Shown piece by piece: positions 18,307 to 27,894 of a stretch of 41,457 nt of DNA. Source of the DNA: an uncultured Thermodesulfobacteriota bacterium (GTDB taxonomy: Bacteria > Desulfobacterota > RBG-13-43-22); contig CAZSTT010000001.1 in assembly GCA_964609705.1 (NCBI GenBank), forward strand, positions 16,420-57,876. Direction: 5' to 3'. The notes under the pieces are model-generated. The model searched no databases and was not told the DNA's origin. It worked only from the letters and a program-made list of their open reading frames with translations. The translations under genes were made by a program, and so were the position numbers. Numbering within the stretch: the stretch's first letter is position 1; every line of letters starts with the position of its first letter.

Positions 18307-18731
18307 TCCTCGTGGATGCCAACATCCTTTTGTATGCCGAAGACCAACTGAGTCCATACCATGAGGCAGCATGCCGATGGTGGGATACTCAATTGTCCGG
18401 ATCCTCGCCCGTGTGCTTTTGCTGGACCGTCCTTGGCGCGTTCATCCGCATCGGCACGAATCCGCGCGTCTTTGAGAACCCATTGTCTCTCGATCAGGCC
18501 CTCTCTCGCGTACAAAGCTGGCTGGATCAACCCTGCACCCGCCTCATTCATCCTACCGCCCGGCATTGGATCATTTTTCGGAAAATGTTGATCGAAGGCC
18601 AAGCCGTCGCCAACCTGGTAACGGACGCGCATCTGGCTGCTCTGGCCAGTGAACACGGCTGTGAGTTAATCTCCACCGACACCGATTTCTCGCGCTTTCC
18701 TGGGATCAAGTGGAAAAATCCATTAAAGTAA
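18303..18731 (+). CDS. vapC: Type II toxin, PIN-domain ribonuclease VapC
   Basis: ILVDANILLYA (first acidic residue), LVTDAHLAALA and ISTDTDFSRF give the PIN-domain pattern. 142 aa. Confidence 0.85.
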   Translation: MILVDANILLYAEDQLSPYHEAACRWWDTQLSGSSPVCFCWTVLGAFIRIGTNPRVFENPLSLDQALSRVQSWLDQPCTRLIHPTARHWIIFRKMLIEGQAVANLVTDAHLAALASEHGCELISTDTDFSRFPGIKWKNPLK

Positions 18732-19637
18732 CGATTCTTCCGGCAACAGGGAAGTATTTTTGGAAATCCTGATTCAATCCAAAAGAATTTATGGTATTCA
18801 AATTCTGGCTTACGTTTTGATGAATAATCATTTTCACTTCCTTTTGGAAACTCCCCTAGCCAATTTAAGTCAATTCATGAGGCGATTTAATATCACCTAC
18901 ACCAGCTATTTCAATCGGATCCATAAACGAGTGGGGCATTTATTCCAGGGTCGTTACAAAAGTATTCTTGTGGATAAAGAGAGCTATTTGTCCGAGCTAT
19001 CAAGATACATTCATTTAAATCCGGTTCGGATTAAGGGAATGAAAAATAAAACTTCAGAGGAATCTTGGAATTATCTGGTAAATTATCCCTGGAGCAGTTT
19101 AAGAAGATATTTGAACAAGAAGAACAAAAAACCTTTTATTGAATACTCTTTAGTTTTAGAGGATTTGGGGGGGATACTGATTCGGGAAGACGCGCCTATC
19201 AGAAAAGAATAAAAGAAGATCTCTCTGGCGAATTAGAAGTTAGAAGAAAAGTGATCGGCCAGTCCATCCTGGGCGGGGATCAATTTATTAAATGGTTGAA
19301 AGAGAACTTCTATCCCAAAAAGCGTGACCCAGAATGTCCCGGTTTAACCGAACTAAAGCGGTATAGAGCCAAGGAGGAAATTTTTGAACTATTCTTGGAG
19401 GAAACCGGAAAAAGCCTTGAAGAATTAAAAAGTAAGAAAAATCCGCTTAGGCCGGTGCTTATGGATGTATTGTACCGAGTAGGCGGGTTAACCGGAATCG
19501 AGATTGGAAAGATTTTCAATGTAGGTTATAGTGCAGTTAGTCAAACAAGAAAAAGATTGGCGCTGAGGAGCGAAAAAGATAAAAATCTAAGAGAATTAAT
19601 CGGGCGGATTGAAAATTTGTCAATTTTAAAGAATTGA
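18727..19637 (+). pseudogene. Degraded Y1 (IS200/RAYT-like) transposase with a DnaA-C-like HTH tail; 5'-truncated and frameshifted
   Basis: HUH motif NHFHFLL and Tyr region GRYKS are present, but no ATG or N-terminal region: the frame opens only after a stop at 18724-26, right behind vapC. The reading frame switches inside a G7 run (19167-19173). The downstream piece (19251..19637) carries GIEIGKIFNVGYSAVSQTRKR. Confidence 0.75.
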
Positions 19638-19652
19638 CCCCTTAGCTCCCGT

Positions 19653-19678
19653 TCAGATCCAGAAGGACTGAGTTTTTT
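19653..19678 (+). terminator. Terminator-like hairpin plus T-run after the transposase remnant
   Basis: TCAGATCC-agaa-GGACTGA followed by GTTTTTTG. Confidence 0.4.
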
Positions 19679-19688
19679 GTGGCAGGGT

Positions 19689-19943
19689 TCATTTTTTCAA
19701 CCGGGACTCGATGGCCTTTAAATCACTTTTCCGGGGAGGGTTTTTTTCGGCCCAGGCAACCGCCTCATCAATTTCGGTTCGGGCTTTGGGTTGGTGCAAC
19801 CACTGTTCACTGTTTGGAACAAATTGCCCGACTTTGACAATCCATACCCCGGCTTCGATTTGATCGACCAGTACCGTCTTGCCGGCGAATTTTTTCCCCA
19901 AAGAGATTTGCCCGCTTCGACCCACAGATTTTATAGCTTCCAT
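19689..19943 (-). CDS. AbrB/MazE/SpoVT-type DNA-binding protein (antitoxin-like), no partner toxin adjacent
   Basis: 84 aa. VGRSGQISLGKKFAGKTVLVDQIEAGVWIVKV fits the swapped-hairpin AbrB fold pattern. Upstream on the minus strand are TTGACT-N16-TATCAT and a direct repeat TATCATA-aat-TATCATA. Confidence 0.65.
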   Translation of the reverse strand: MEAIKSVGRSGQISLGKKFAGKTVLVDQIEAGVWIVKVGQFVPNSEQWLHQPKARTEIDEAVAWAEKNPPRKSDLKAIESRLKK

Positions 19944-20069
19944 GGTTCTTCTTCGTTCATTCTATGATAATTTATGATAGCATTAATGCATGAAAAGTCA
20001 AGAATAGTCGCCGGAGAGGAACCGACCGAAATCTTCAAATCCTGGTCAATCCTTCATTACTTGAAATTG

Positions 20070-20106
20070 CGAAAAAGGCCTGAGCATTTATTCAGATCAG
20101 CTCAGG
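20070..20106 (-). terminator. Possible terminator overlapping the nadE stop codon
   Basis: The minus strand reads CCTGAGC-N14-GCTCAGG followed by CCTTTTTC. Confidence 0.3.
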
Positions 20107-21835
20107 AGGTCTTCCCGGTATAGCGGTTGGTGATCGGCAGGCGCCAGTCCTTGCCAAAGGCGCGGGAGGTGATTTTAATGCCCGGCGGGCTTTGACGGCG
20201 CTTGTATTCATTTCGGTCGACCATCCTGATCACCTTTTGGACCATTTTCCGGTCGAATCCTCGATTAACGATTTCATCCACTGAACAGCTCTCTTCCACA
20301 TAAGCCGCCAGGATAGGATCCAATTGTTCATAAAGGGGCAGGGAATCCGAATCCTTTTGGTCAGGACGCAGTTCCGCCGAAGGGGGCTTTTCCAAAACCC
20401 GTTGAGGGATAATTGTCCGTTCCTGACGTTGATTAAGGTAGAGACTTATATCATAGACCAAAGTTTTGGGAACGTCCTTCAAGACCGCAAAACCTCCGGC
20501 GGTATCTCCGTAAAGGGTCGAATATCCCACACCCACTTCACTCTTATTGCCGGTGGTCAATACCAGCCAGCCGAATTTGTTGGATAAAGCCATCAGCAAG
20601 GTCCCCCGGATCCTGGGTTGAAGATTTTCTTCGGTCAGGTCTTCGGGCATTTTTTTAAAATGGGGCTTTAATATTTCCAGGTAAGATTGGAAAACCTTTT
20701 CGATAGGAATGTTCAGGAAATGGATTCCCAAATTTTTGGATAACCTTTCAGCGTCCTCCAGACTGTGACCGGAAGAATAGCGGGTAGGCATGGCAATCCC
20801 GTAAACCTGTTTCGCGCCCAGGGCATCGGCGGCAACAACCGCTGTCAGGGAGCTGTCAATACCTCCGGAAAGGCCGATTACCGCTTTGCTGAATCCGTTT
20901 TTTCGGCAATAATCTCCGGTCCCCAGGACCAGGGCCTGGTAAACCTCGGCCTCCCGCGAGAGGGGATCCGCCATTTGAGGGGGGATCGGTTTTGATTTTT
21001 GGGGATGGAGGATTTTAGGGATTTTATGCTCTTGAATATTTATTCCTTCTTCTCGGGACTGTTTTCGACGGCGGGGATCGAAAAGCCGCCACCGAAGGAC
21101 TTCTTTCAGGTCCAGATCGGCTATTAGAAGATCTTTGGTAAACTGGCCGGCCCGGGCAATCATTTCCCCTCGGGGATCGAAGATCATACTCTGGCCATCA
21201 AAAATCAACTCATCCTGACCTCCCACCAGATTGCAATAGGCCAGATAGGCCCGATTGTCCGCCGCCCGGGTGGAAAGCATCCGCTCCCGATCCTGTCCCT
21301 TTCCTTGAAAATAAGGAGAAGAGGAGATGTTGATCAATATTTGGGCTCCCCCTTGAACCGCCTGGGCTTGGGGGGGGCCGTTTGGGTACCAGATGTCTTC
21401 ACAGATACTGATCCCGATTACTGTTTTATCCAAACGGAAAACCGGATTATTTCTCCCGGCTTGAAAATAGCGGTTTTCGTCAAAGACGCCATAATTGGGG
21501 AGGAAATGTTTGGCATAAACCCCAATGAGTTTGCCATCGGCCAAGACCGCAGCTCCATTATACAGGTCGTCCTCCACCGACAAACATCCGACGACGGCCA
21601 CCAGTCCTTTGGTCTTTGGGGCCAGTTCGGTCAGGACCCTCTGGGCCGATTCCACAAAGTCCGGTTTAAGCAAGAGGTCTTCCGGCGGATAGCCGGTGAT
21701 GGCCAGTTCCGGAAAGGCTACCAGGTGGGCTCCGGACTTCCGGGCCTTTTCCAGACCTTCAATGATTTTTTGCCGGTTTCCGGACAAATCCCCTACCGTG
21801 GCATTGATTTGGGCTAAGGCGATCCTAAAAGTCAT
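20102..21835 (-). CDS. nadE: Glutamine-dependent NAD+ synthetase
   Basis: N-terminal carbon-nitrogen hydrolase domain (IALAQIN..., ICED) fused to an NAD-synthase domain with the P-loop GLSGGIDSS. 577 aa. Confidence 0.93.
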   Translation of the reverse strand: MTFRIALAQINATVGDLSGNRQKIIEGLEKARKSGAHLVAFPELAITGYPPEDLLLKPDFVESAQRVLTELAPKTKGLVAVVGCLSVEDDLYNGAAVLADGKLIGVYAKHFLPNYGVFDENRYFQAGRNNPVFRLDKTVIGISICEDIWYPNGPPQAQAVQGGAQILINISSSPYFQGKGQDRERMLSTRAADNRAYLAYCNLVGGQDELIFDGQSMIFDPRGEMIARAGQFTKDLLIADLDLKEVLRWRLFDPRRRKQSREEGINIQEHKIPKILHPQKSKPIPPQMADPLSREAEVYQALVLGTGDYCRKNGFSKAVIGLSGGIDSSLTAVVAADALGAKQVYGIAMPTRYSSGHSLEDAERLSKNLGIHFLNIPIEKVFQSYLEILKPHFKKMPEDLTEENLQPRIRGTLLMALSNKFGWLVLTTGNKSEVGVGYSTLYGDTAGGFAVLKDVPKTLVYDISLYLNQRQERTIIPQRVLEKPPSAELRPDQKDSDSLPLYEQLDPILAAYVEESCSVDEIVNRGFDRKMVQKVIRMVDRNEYKRRQSPPGIKITSRAFGKDWRLPITNRYTGKTS

Positions 21836-21919
21836 AACCTTCCATTCCTTACTGAGTGTTCCTCTTTCCGGGCTTTATAGTACCCTTTCCGGAGCTCTTC
21901 GTCAAAAATAAAATCAAAG

Positions 21920-23089
21920 TTAGGAAACTCCGCAAAATTCAATAATAGTATCGGTCAGGATTTTGGTCAGGGTTATGATCGAGGCGAAATCCACATATTC
22001 GGTGGCGGCATGAAATCCATCGCCGGCCGGACCGATAATCACCGATGGAATACCGGCCTCGGCCAGGATGGCTGAATCCATCCATCCGCCCACGCCGATA
22101 AATTGCGGGGCTTTTTTTACGGTATTGGCATAGGCTCTGGCCAAGGCGCCGACGATTTCATGATCTCGGGCCACCTCCAGGGGGGGCCGGGAAAAAGAGA
22201 CCTCGAATTTGGCCTTGAATTGATCATCTTTCGAGGCCAGGTCATCGATCAGGGCCTGTATTTCCACTTCAATCGTTTTAATGGTTTCCCCTGGAATAAA
22301 TCTTCTCTCCAATTCGACCAGGCAGTAATCGGGATAAGTGCTAAGTTCAGTGCCCCCTTTAATCAGCGAGGCATGTATCGACGGCGACCCCAGCAGGGGG
22401 TGCTTTTTTTGAATCAGGGATTCCTTACCCAATTCCTCTATCCGGGCTAAAAATTTTCCGGCCTTGACAATGGCGTCAATTCCCCTGTCGGGCCGGCTGC
22501 CATGGGCGGCCTTGCCGAAAACCTCGACTTTGATCCAGGCAAATCCTTTGTGGGCGATACAAACCTTTAAACCTGTCGGTTCGCAAAGAATAGCAGCATG
22601 GGCGGAATATTCCCTGACCAATACCTCTGTCCCCGCACTCAGGTATTCCTCATCGGCCACAAAGGCCAGGATAACATCCCCTTTGGGTCTCAGACCGGCT
22701 TCGATAATAGCTTTGACAGCGGCTATCATTGCGGCCAGGCCGCCTTTCATATCAAAACTGCCCCGGCCATAGACCTTTCCATCCCGGAATACCGGATTTA
22801 AAGGATCGATATCCATCCGGGTTATGCCGACCGTGTCCGTGTGCCCGTTCAGCATGAGGGATTTGCCTGCACCGCTACCCTTGAGCACCCCGATAACATT
22901 GACCCGCTTTGGTTTGATTTCTTGATAATGGACCTCCAGTCCCATGGCAGCCAGGTATTTCCCAATGTGCTCGGCAATCAGAAGTTCCCCGCTTCCCATA
23001 CCGGCCAGTTCAGGATTGACCGATTCGATCCGAATCAAATCCTGTAAAGCTTGCAATAACTCTCTTTCTTCAATTATCATGGTACTCAA
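21920..23089 (-). CDS. M20-family metallo-deacylase (ArgE/DapE-like)
   Basis: LNGHTDTV, GRGSFDMKGG and ADEE are metal-ligand motifs of peptidase family M20. Confidence 0.85.
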   Translation of the reverse strand: MSTMIIEERELLQALQDLIRIESVNPELAGMGSGELLIAEHIGKYLAAMGLEVHYQEIKPKRVNVIGVLKGSGAGKSLMLNGHTDTVGITRMDIDPLNPVFRDGKVYGRGSFDMKGGLAAMIAAVKAIIEAGLRPKGDVILAFVADEEYLSAGTEVLVREYSAHAAILCEPTGLKVCIAHKGFAWIKVEVFGKAAHGSRPDRGIDAIVKAGKFLARIEELGKESLIQKKHPLLGSPSIHASLIKGGTELSTYPDYCLVELERRFIPGETIKTIEVEIQALIDDLASKDDQFKAKFEVSFSRPPLEVARDHEIVGALARAYANTVKKAPQFIGVGGWMDSAILAEAGIPSVIIGPAGDGFHAATEYVDFASIITLTKILTDTIIEFCGVS

Positions 23090-23106
23090 ACCTCTATCCC
23101 CGAATC

Positions 23107-24165
23107 TTACTTTTTGAGACTCTTCGCCTGTTGACTGATCGATTTCCAGCGTGCTTTTTCGATGGCGCTGGCCTTCATGGTTTGTCGGTCGGTTAAATAG
23201 ACAATCTCTTTTTTTAATTTCCGGTAGCTTTCTAATCGTTTCGGCTCAAGAGTTCCATGGCTAATGGCTTCCTGTACGGCACAACTCGGTTCGCCTTCAT
23301 GACGGCAATCCCAATAACGGCATTCCGAGGCCAGGGCTTCAATGTCATCAAAGACCCGCTTTAATCCTTCTTCATCCCCCCAGACCTGCAATTCCCGCAT
23401 CCCGGGGGTATCGATAACCAAGCCTCCATTCGGAAGAAAAATCAATTCCCGAAAGGTGGTGGTGTGCCGGCCACGGCTCCCCAATTCGCTCACGGTGTTC
23501 ACCTTAAGCCGTTCAGAACCGGAGAGGGCATTGATTAGAGTCGATTTCCCTACTCCCGAGGAACCCAGGAAGGCAACAGTCATCCCAACCTGGATATATG
23601 GAGATAGAGCTCCCAGCCCTGTTTTTTCAGAGGCACTTAAGGTATGGACCTCGGCACCAAGAGCAATAGCTTCAACTTCGCATTTTCTAATTTCGGCCTC
23701 GGGGCAGAGGTCGGCTTTGTTCAACAGGATGACCGGTAAAGCCCCGCTCTCCCAGGCAACCGTTAAATAGCGTTCGATGCGTCTTAAATTAAAATTCAAA
23801 TCCAGCCCGCAGACAATAAATACTAGATCAATGTTTGCAGCAACGACCTGTTCCTCGGTTTTTTGGCCGGCCACTTTACGGCTGAAAGCGCTCTTTCTCG
23901 GAAGCAGTGTCTGTATGATTGCTTTCCCTTCATCGGGAAGGGCAGAGACAGCCACCCAGTCCCCTACGGTGGGGAATTCCCCTTTGCTATCAGTCTCGAA
24001 TCGAAACCGGCCGGAGATTTGACAGGTAAATTCTCCCCCTTCCCCATGGGCCAAATAGCTCCCCCGGTTCTCCCGGATGATCCGCATCGCAGAAAAACCC
24101 TGGTTCCGATAGGGGAGGAAATGGTCTTCAAAAAATGGTCCCCATCCTAAATCAATTAATTGCAT
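23107..24165 (-). CDS. rsgA: Ribosome small-subunit-dependent GTPase A
   Basis: Circularly permuted GTPase: LNKADL (G4) precedes GSSGVGKSTLINAL (G1), then GRHTTT and DTPG, with a C-terminal Zn knuckle CRYWDCRHEGEPSC. I took the start at ATG 24165; the track start 24210 is TTG. Confidence 0.9.
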   Translation of the reverse strand: MQLIDLGWGPFFEDHFLPYRNQGFSAMRIIRENRGSYLAHGEGGEFTCQISGRFRFETDSKGEFPTVGDWVAVSALPDEGKAIIQTLLPRKSAFSRKVAGQKTEEQVVAANIDLVFIVCGLDLNFNLRRIERYLTVAWESGALPVILLNKADLCPEAEIRKCEVEAIALGAEVHTLSASEKTGLGALSPYIQVGMTVAFLGSSGVGKSTLINALSGSERLKVNTVSELGSRGRHTTTFRELIFLPNGGLVIDTPGMRELQVWGDEEGLKRVFDDIEALASECRYWDCRHEGEPSCAVQEAISHGTLEPKRLESYRKLKKEIVYLTDRQTMKASAIEKARWKSISQQAKSLKK

Positions 24166-24497
24166 TCTATTTTTCTCATTTCCCAGACGGTCCCCTTCGG
24201 GTCGGGGCAATGAAGTTTAAACACCTTTCTGTTTTCGCTGTTCCAGGAAGGAAAACCCAGGGCCGCCCGCCAGACATATAAATCCAATACATGAAGTAGC
24301 GCTTCGCAAACATCCTTGGGCCTTTTATATGGGTTCTCATACAGGAAGGTGTCGCCTAGCTTATGTCGGCATTCCTCATGCTTTTCCACCATCTTGATTT
24401 CAATCTTCCCCAACTGTTGCCATAGCTCTCGGTAATCCTCATGATTATTGATCCTGGAAATATCCAAGTTTAGATCAATGTTATTTTTCTTTTCCAT
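24156..24497 (-). CDS. Small Cys-containing hypothetical protein (resembles TIGR04076 family; unverified)
   Basis: 113 aa with SD GGGAGAG upstream. The pattern C-H-x-GD ... P-x-D-x-C-x-AL ... W ... CPDP recalls TIGR04076 proteins. Confidence 0.6.
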   Translation of the reverse strand: MEKKNNIDLNLDISRINNHEDYRELWQQLGKIEIKMVEKHEECRHKLGDTFLYENPYKRPKDVCEALLHVLDLYVWRAALGFPSWNSENRKVFKLHCPDPKGTVWEMRKIECN

Positions 24498-24602
24498 TTC
24501 GCTCTCCCTGTTTATGTGGTTGGGAAAAGGGAAGTTTTGTTTAAATAGTCTACTATTACTAAAACTATTTAATAATTCAAGTTTGTTTGTTTGATGGTCT
24601 AA

Positions 24603-25118
24603 TTATTCGGCAAATTTTCTTTGATAGAGTGCATACAAAACCGGAAAACCGGGGGCGATTTTTTGCAGGGGGTCGGCCAGTAATTGGGTCAGGTGATCGG
24701 GGGTGAAATAATCTCCAGTAGTGGCTTCTTCCAGGTTGAGGCGGATGGGATCATCGGTTCGAGCCGTAAAGAGGGTGACGAATTCCCAACCGGTTTCCAA
24801 GCAAGCAGGATGTTCCAGCACCTCCGTCAATTCCACCTCAAGCCCCAGTTCTTCCCACAACTCCCTTTGGGCCGCCTCCAGAGGTGATTCCCCGGGATCG
24901 GTGTGCCCGGCTGCAGAGGTGTCCCAGTGTTCCGGGTACTGGTCTTTGGATGGAGATCGTTTCTGGAGATACAGGTCTCCTTTGGTATTGAAGATGAAGA
25001 TGTGGACGGAGCGGTGACGTAAGCCTTTTTTATGAATTTCATAACGGCTGGCAATCCCGATAACCTGATTGTCTTCGTCCACCACTTCCAGGAATTCTTC
25101 TTTTGTGTTTTTCTTCAT
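24603..25118 (-). CDS. NUDIX hydrolase
   Basis: Nudix box GHTDPGESPLEAAQRELWEELG. 171 aa. Confidence 0.88.
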   Translation of the reverse strand: MKKNTKEEFLEVVDEDNQVIGIASRYEIHKKGLRHRSVHIFIFNTKGDLYLQKRSPSKDQYPEHWDTSAAGHTDPGESPLEAAQRELWEELGLEVELTEVLEHPACLETGWEFVTLFTARTDDPIRLNLEEATTGDYFTPDHLTQLLADPLQKIAPGFPVLYALYQRKFAE

Positions 25119-25216
25119 ATCCGGAAGACGGCTTTCCTATTGCCTTTCCAAAAAATTTATTTCATACTCTTTGTATCGGCTGGGCGGCTTATTTGCAAGA
25201 TATTATTGCCGATGTT

Positions 25217-25331
25217 GTAAAAAGTCGCCCAAAGCCCGGTTTCGTCATTCCGACGAAAGTCGGAATCCAGGAAGATGAACCAATTAAAAACCTCCTGGAC
25301 CCCGGTTTTCACCGGGGTGACGACTTTTTAC
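25217..25331. mobile_element. MITE-like 115-bp repeat, copy 2 (inverted relative to copy 1)
   Basis: Ends GTAAAAAGTCGCC ... GACGACTTTTTAC, with the same two internal hairpins as 14761..14876. It lies in the divergent intergenic region between the NUDIX gene and mutS2. Confidence 0.75.
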
Positions 25332-25398
25332 GATCATTATTAATTCAAAAACTGAATACTCGAATCCTTAATCCCGTTATTTATATGGTAAAGATCTC

Positions 25399-27765
25399 AT
25401 GATTTCTGAAAATTCTCTTGATCTGCTGGAATATCCCAAGCTTCTGGGGATCATAGCCGAGCAGGTCCACTGCCCGGCAACTCATCAGACGGTTTTGGCC
25501 ATACGCCCTTATGGAAACCTGCCCGATATCCTCCAACGTCAGCGTCTGGTGGAAGAACTAAGAAGACTTTCGGCCGAAGGGTCGCCCCTGACGTTCTTCA
25601 CCTTTGCCGATCTTAAGCCATTTCTGGAAAAGGTCCGGCCTGTCGGTGCGGTCCTGGACCCGCTGGAACTCTCCGCCTTTATGCCCCTGTTACAATTATC
25701 CTCGGCGATAGCTGGTCAGATCAAGGAGATCGAAGATCTCCCCTATCTAAAAATATTGACCCGGAATTTAAGGGGGTTTCCTCAATTGATGGCCTTTCTG
25801 GAAAGGGCCCTGGATCAGGAAGGCAATGTCCTGGATCAGGCCTCCCCCTTACTGGCCGAGTTGAGAAAGGAAATCCGGCAGCTGGAGGGCCAGATTCGCA
25901 GGAAATTGGAAGAGATCATCCGGGAGCCCCGAGTAAGCCAATTTTTACAGGATGATTTTATCACCCAAAGGTCCGGGCGCTGGGTCATCCCGGTCCGTAT
26001 GGATTCCAAAACCCAGATCCCGGGGGTCGTCCATGATGTCTCCCGAACCGGCGAAACGGCTTTTGTCGAGCCCTTGAATATTATCAGTCTGGCTAACCAA
26101 TTGGAAAATCTGATGGCCGAGGAAAAGGCCGAGGTGATCCGCATTCTTCGGGAACTTTCCACCATGGTCCGCCAAAGGGCTGATGACCTGGAAAACGAGC
26201 AGGCCATTCTGGTCCATCTGGATCTCTTATCCTGTCTGGCTTATCTGGCCGACCGAATGCGGATGGAAATGCCGGAGATCCATGAGGGAACCGGGATACG
26301 CCTGATCAAGGCCCGTCATCCCTTACTGGCCCTTTCCTTCGAGAAAAAAGGCCCCCGGAAAGAGGTCGTTCCCCTGACTCTTGAATTGGGGACCGAATCC
26401 ACGGTGATGGTTATTACCGGAGTCAATGCCGGGGGGAAAACCATCTCACTTAAAACCACCGGACTGATTCTGCTCATGGCCCTCTCCGGTATGCCGGTTC
26501 CGGCTGATTCGGCTTCGAGGTTCCCCCTGGTGAATGACCTTCTGGCCGATATCGGGGACGAACAATCCATTGAAAACAGTCTTTCCACTTTTTCAGCCCA
26601 TATCCAGAGGATAACCGGCATCATCCATCAGGCCAATGAAAAAACCCTGGTCTTGATGGATGAACTGGGGACCAGCACAGACCCGGTGGAAGGGGCGGCC
26701 ATTGCCTGTGCCGTTTTAAAAGAGTTGCAGGACAAAGGGGCTTTAGTAATGGCCACTACCCACTTGACCGAAATCAAAGGGTTTGTGCATCGCAGTGAGG
26801 GAATGGTCAATGCCTCCATGGAATTTGATCAAAAGACGCTGACTCCCTTGTATCGATTGCGTATGGGTGAACCGGGACAATCCCATGCCCTTGAAATCGC
26901 CAGGCAGTATGGTCTTCCCGAGACCATTCTGGAAACAGCCCATAAGCTGTTGAGCGGACGGGAAGAAGGATTTGAACAATTGGTGGCCGATTTGAATCTG
27001 AAAAGAAGGGAATACGAAACAGGTCTGGAGGAGCTAAAAATGCGCCAGGATGACCTGGCCGAAGAAAACCGGAAAATCCAAGGGATGCTTGACGAGACAG
27101 AAAGGAAGGAAAAAGAGATCCTGGCCAGGGCTTATCAGGAAGCGGTCGATATTGCCGCCCAAACCAAACGGCAGATGAATCTTTTCCTGGAAGATCTTAA
27201 AAAAGCAGACAAGACCAATCGGCGTCTGGCTCTTCAAAAGTTAAGGGAAGAAGAGGGAGCACTGACCAGGAAGCTGCGGGAAGCCAGGGGCCTGAAAGAA
27301 GACGGCCCGGCCATAGGGTCTCTTCACGAAGGGGATCGTGTCTTTATCCGTTCTCTTGACAGTGATGCCGAAGTGCTTTCCGTTTTGTTAAGGCAAAACC
27401 GTGTCAAAGTAAGGGCCGAGGGCCGGGAAATCGAGGTGCCCATATCGGATGTCGGATACCCGGAAGGGAAACCAGGATTGCGGACAAAGGCTTCCTCAGT
27501 TACCCGGGGTTTCCAGACCTTGGCCCCTTCCCGAATAAACCTGATCGGTCAGAGGGTGGATGATGCCCTGTACCAGATCGAACCCTTTCTGAATCATGCC
27601 TCTTTAGACGGTTTGCCGGAGGTCACTATCGTCCATGGAGTCGGAACCGGGACTTTGGCCAGGGGGGTGAGAGATTTTTTAAAAGGCCACCCGCTGGTGA
27701 AAGGCTTCCGAAAAGGGGACCGCTCCGAAGGGGGGGAAGGGGTCACTGTCGTCCGATTGGAGTAA
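25399..27765 (+). CDS. mutS2: Endonuclease MutS2 (MutS ATPase domain plus C-terminal Smr domain)
   Basis: Walker A GVNAGGKT, DELGTSTDP, a long coiled-coil, and the Smr motif TIVHGVGTGTLARGVRDFL. Confidence 0.93.
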   Translation: MISENSLDLLEYPKLLGIIAEQVHCPATHQTVLAIRPYGNLPDILQRQRLVEELRRLSAEGSPLTFFTFADLKPFLEKVRPVGAVLDPLELSAFMPLLQLSSAIAGQIKEIEDLPYLKILTRNLRGFPQLMAFLERALDQEGNVLDQASPLLAELRKEIRQLEGQIRRKLEEIIREPRVSQFLQDDFITQRSGRWVIPVRMDSKTQIPGVVHDVSRTGETAFVEPLNIISLANQLENLMAEEKAEVIRILRELSTMVRQRADDLENEQAILVHLDLLSCLAYLADRMRMEMPEIHEGTGIRLIKARHPLLALSFEKKGPRKEVVPLTLELGTESTVMVITGVNAGGKTISLKTTGLILLMALSGMPVPADSASRFPLVNDLLADIGDEQSIENSLSTFSAHIQRITGIIHQANEKTLVLMDELGTSTDPVEGAAIACAVLKELQDKGALVMATTHLTEIKGFVHRSEGMVNASMEFDQKTLTPLYRLRMGEPGQSHALEIARQYGLPETILETAHKLLSGREEGFEQLVADLNLKRREYETGLEELKMRQDDLAEENRKIQGMLDETERKEKEILARAYQEAVDIAAQTKRQMNLFLEDLKKADKTNRRLALQKLREEEGALTRKLREARGLKEDGPAIGSLHEGDRVFIRSLDSDAEVLSVLLRQNRVKVRAEGREIEVPISDVGYPEGKPGLRTKASSVTRGFQTLAPSRINLIGQRVDDALYQIEPFLNHASLDGLPEVTIVHGVGTGTLARGVRDFLKGHPLVKGFRKGDRSEGGEGVTVVRLE

Positions 27766-27894
27766 AGGGCCTTAAATAGAAAAAATGTAATTTAAGCCGC
27801 AAGGTATGATAAAATTATTATGTTTAGATCCTAATGGATCGTGCCTCAGGCAGGTCCCAACAAAAAACCCTCGGCAAAAAGTGGAAGGGAAAGC

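Noticed and set aside
14761-25331. Composite transposon formed by the two inverted MITE-like copies
   Set aside because: The enclosed 10 kb contains core housekeeping genes (nadE, rsgA, the M20 deacylase) and no intact transposase. The copies have diverged in their centres. Dispersed independent insertions are more likely.
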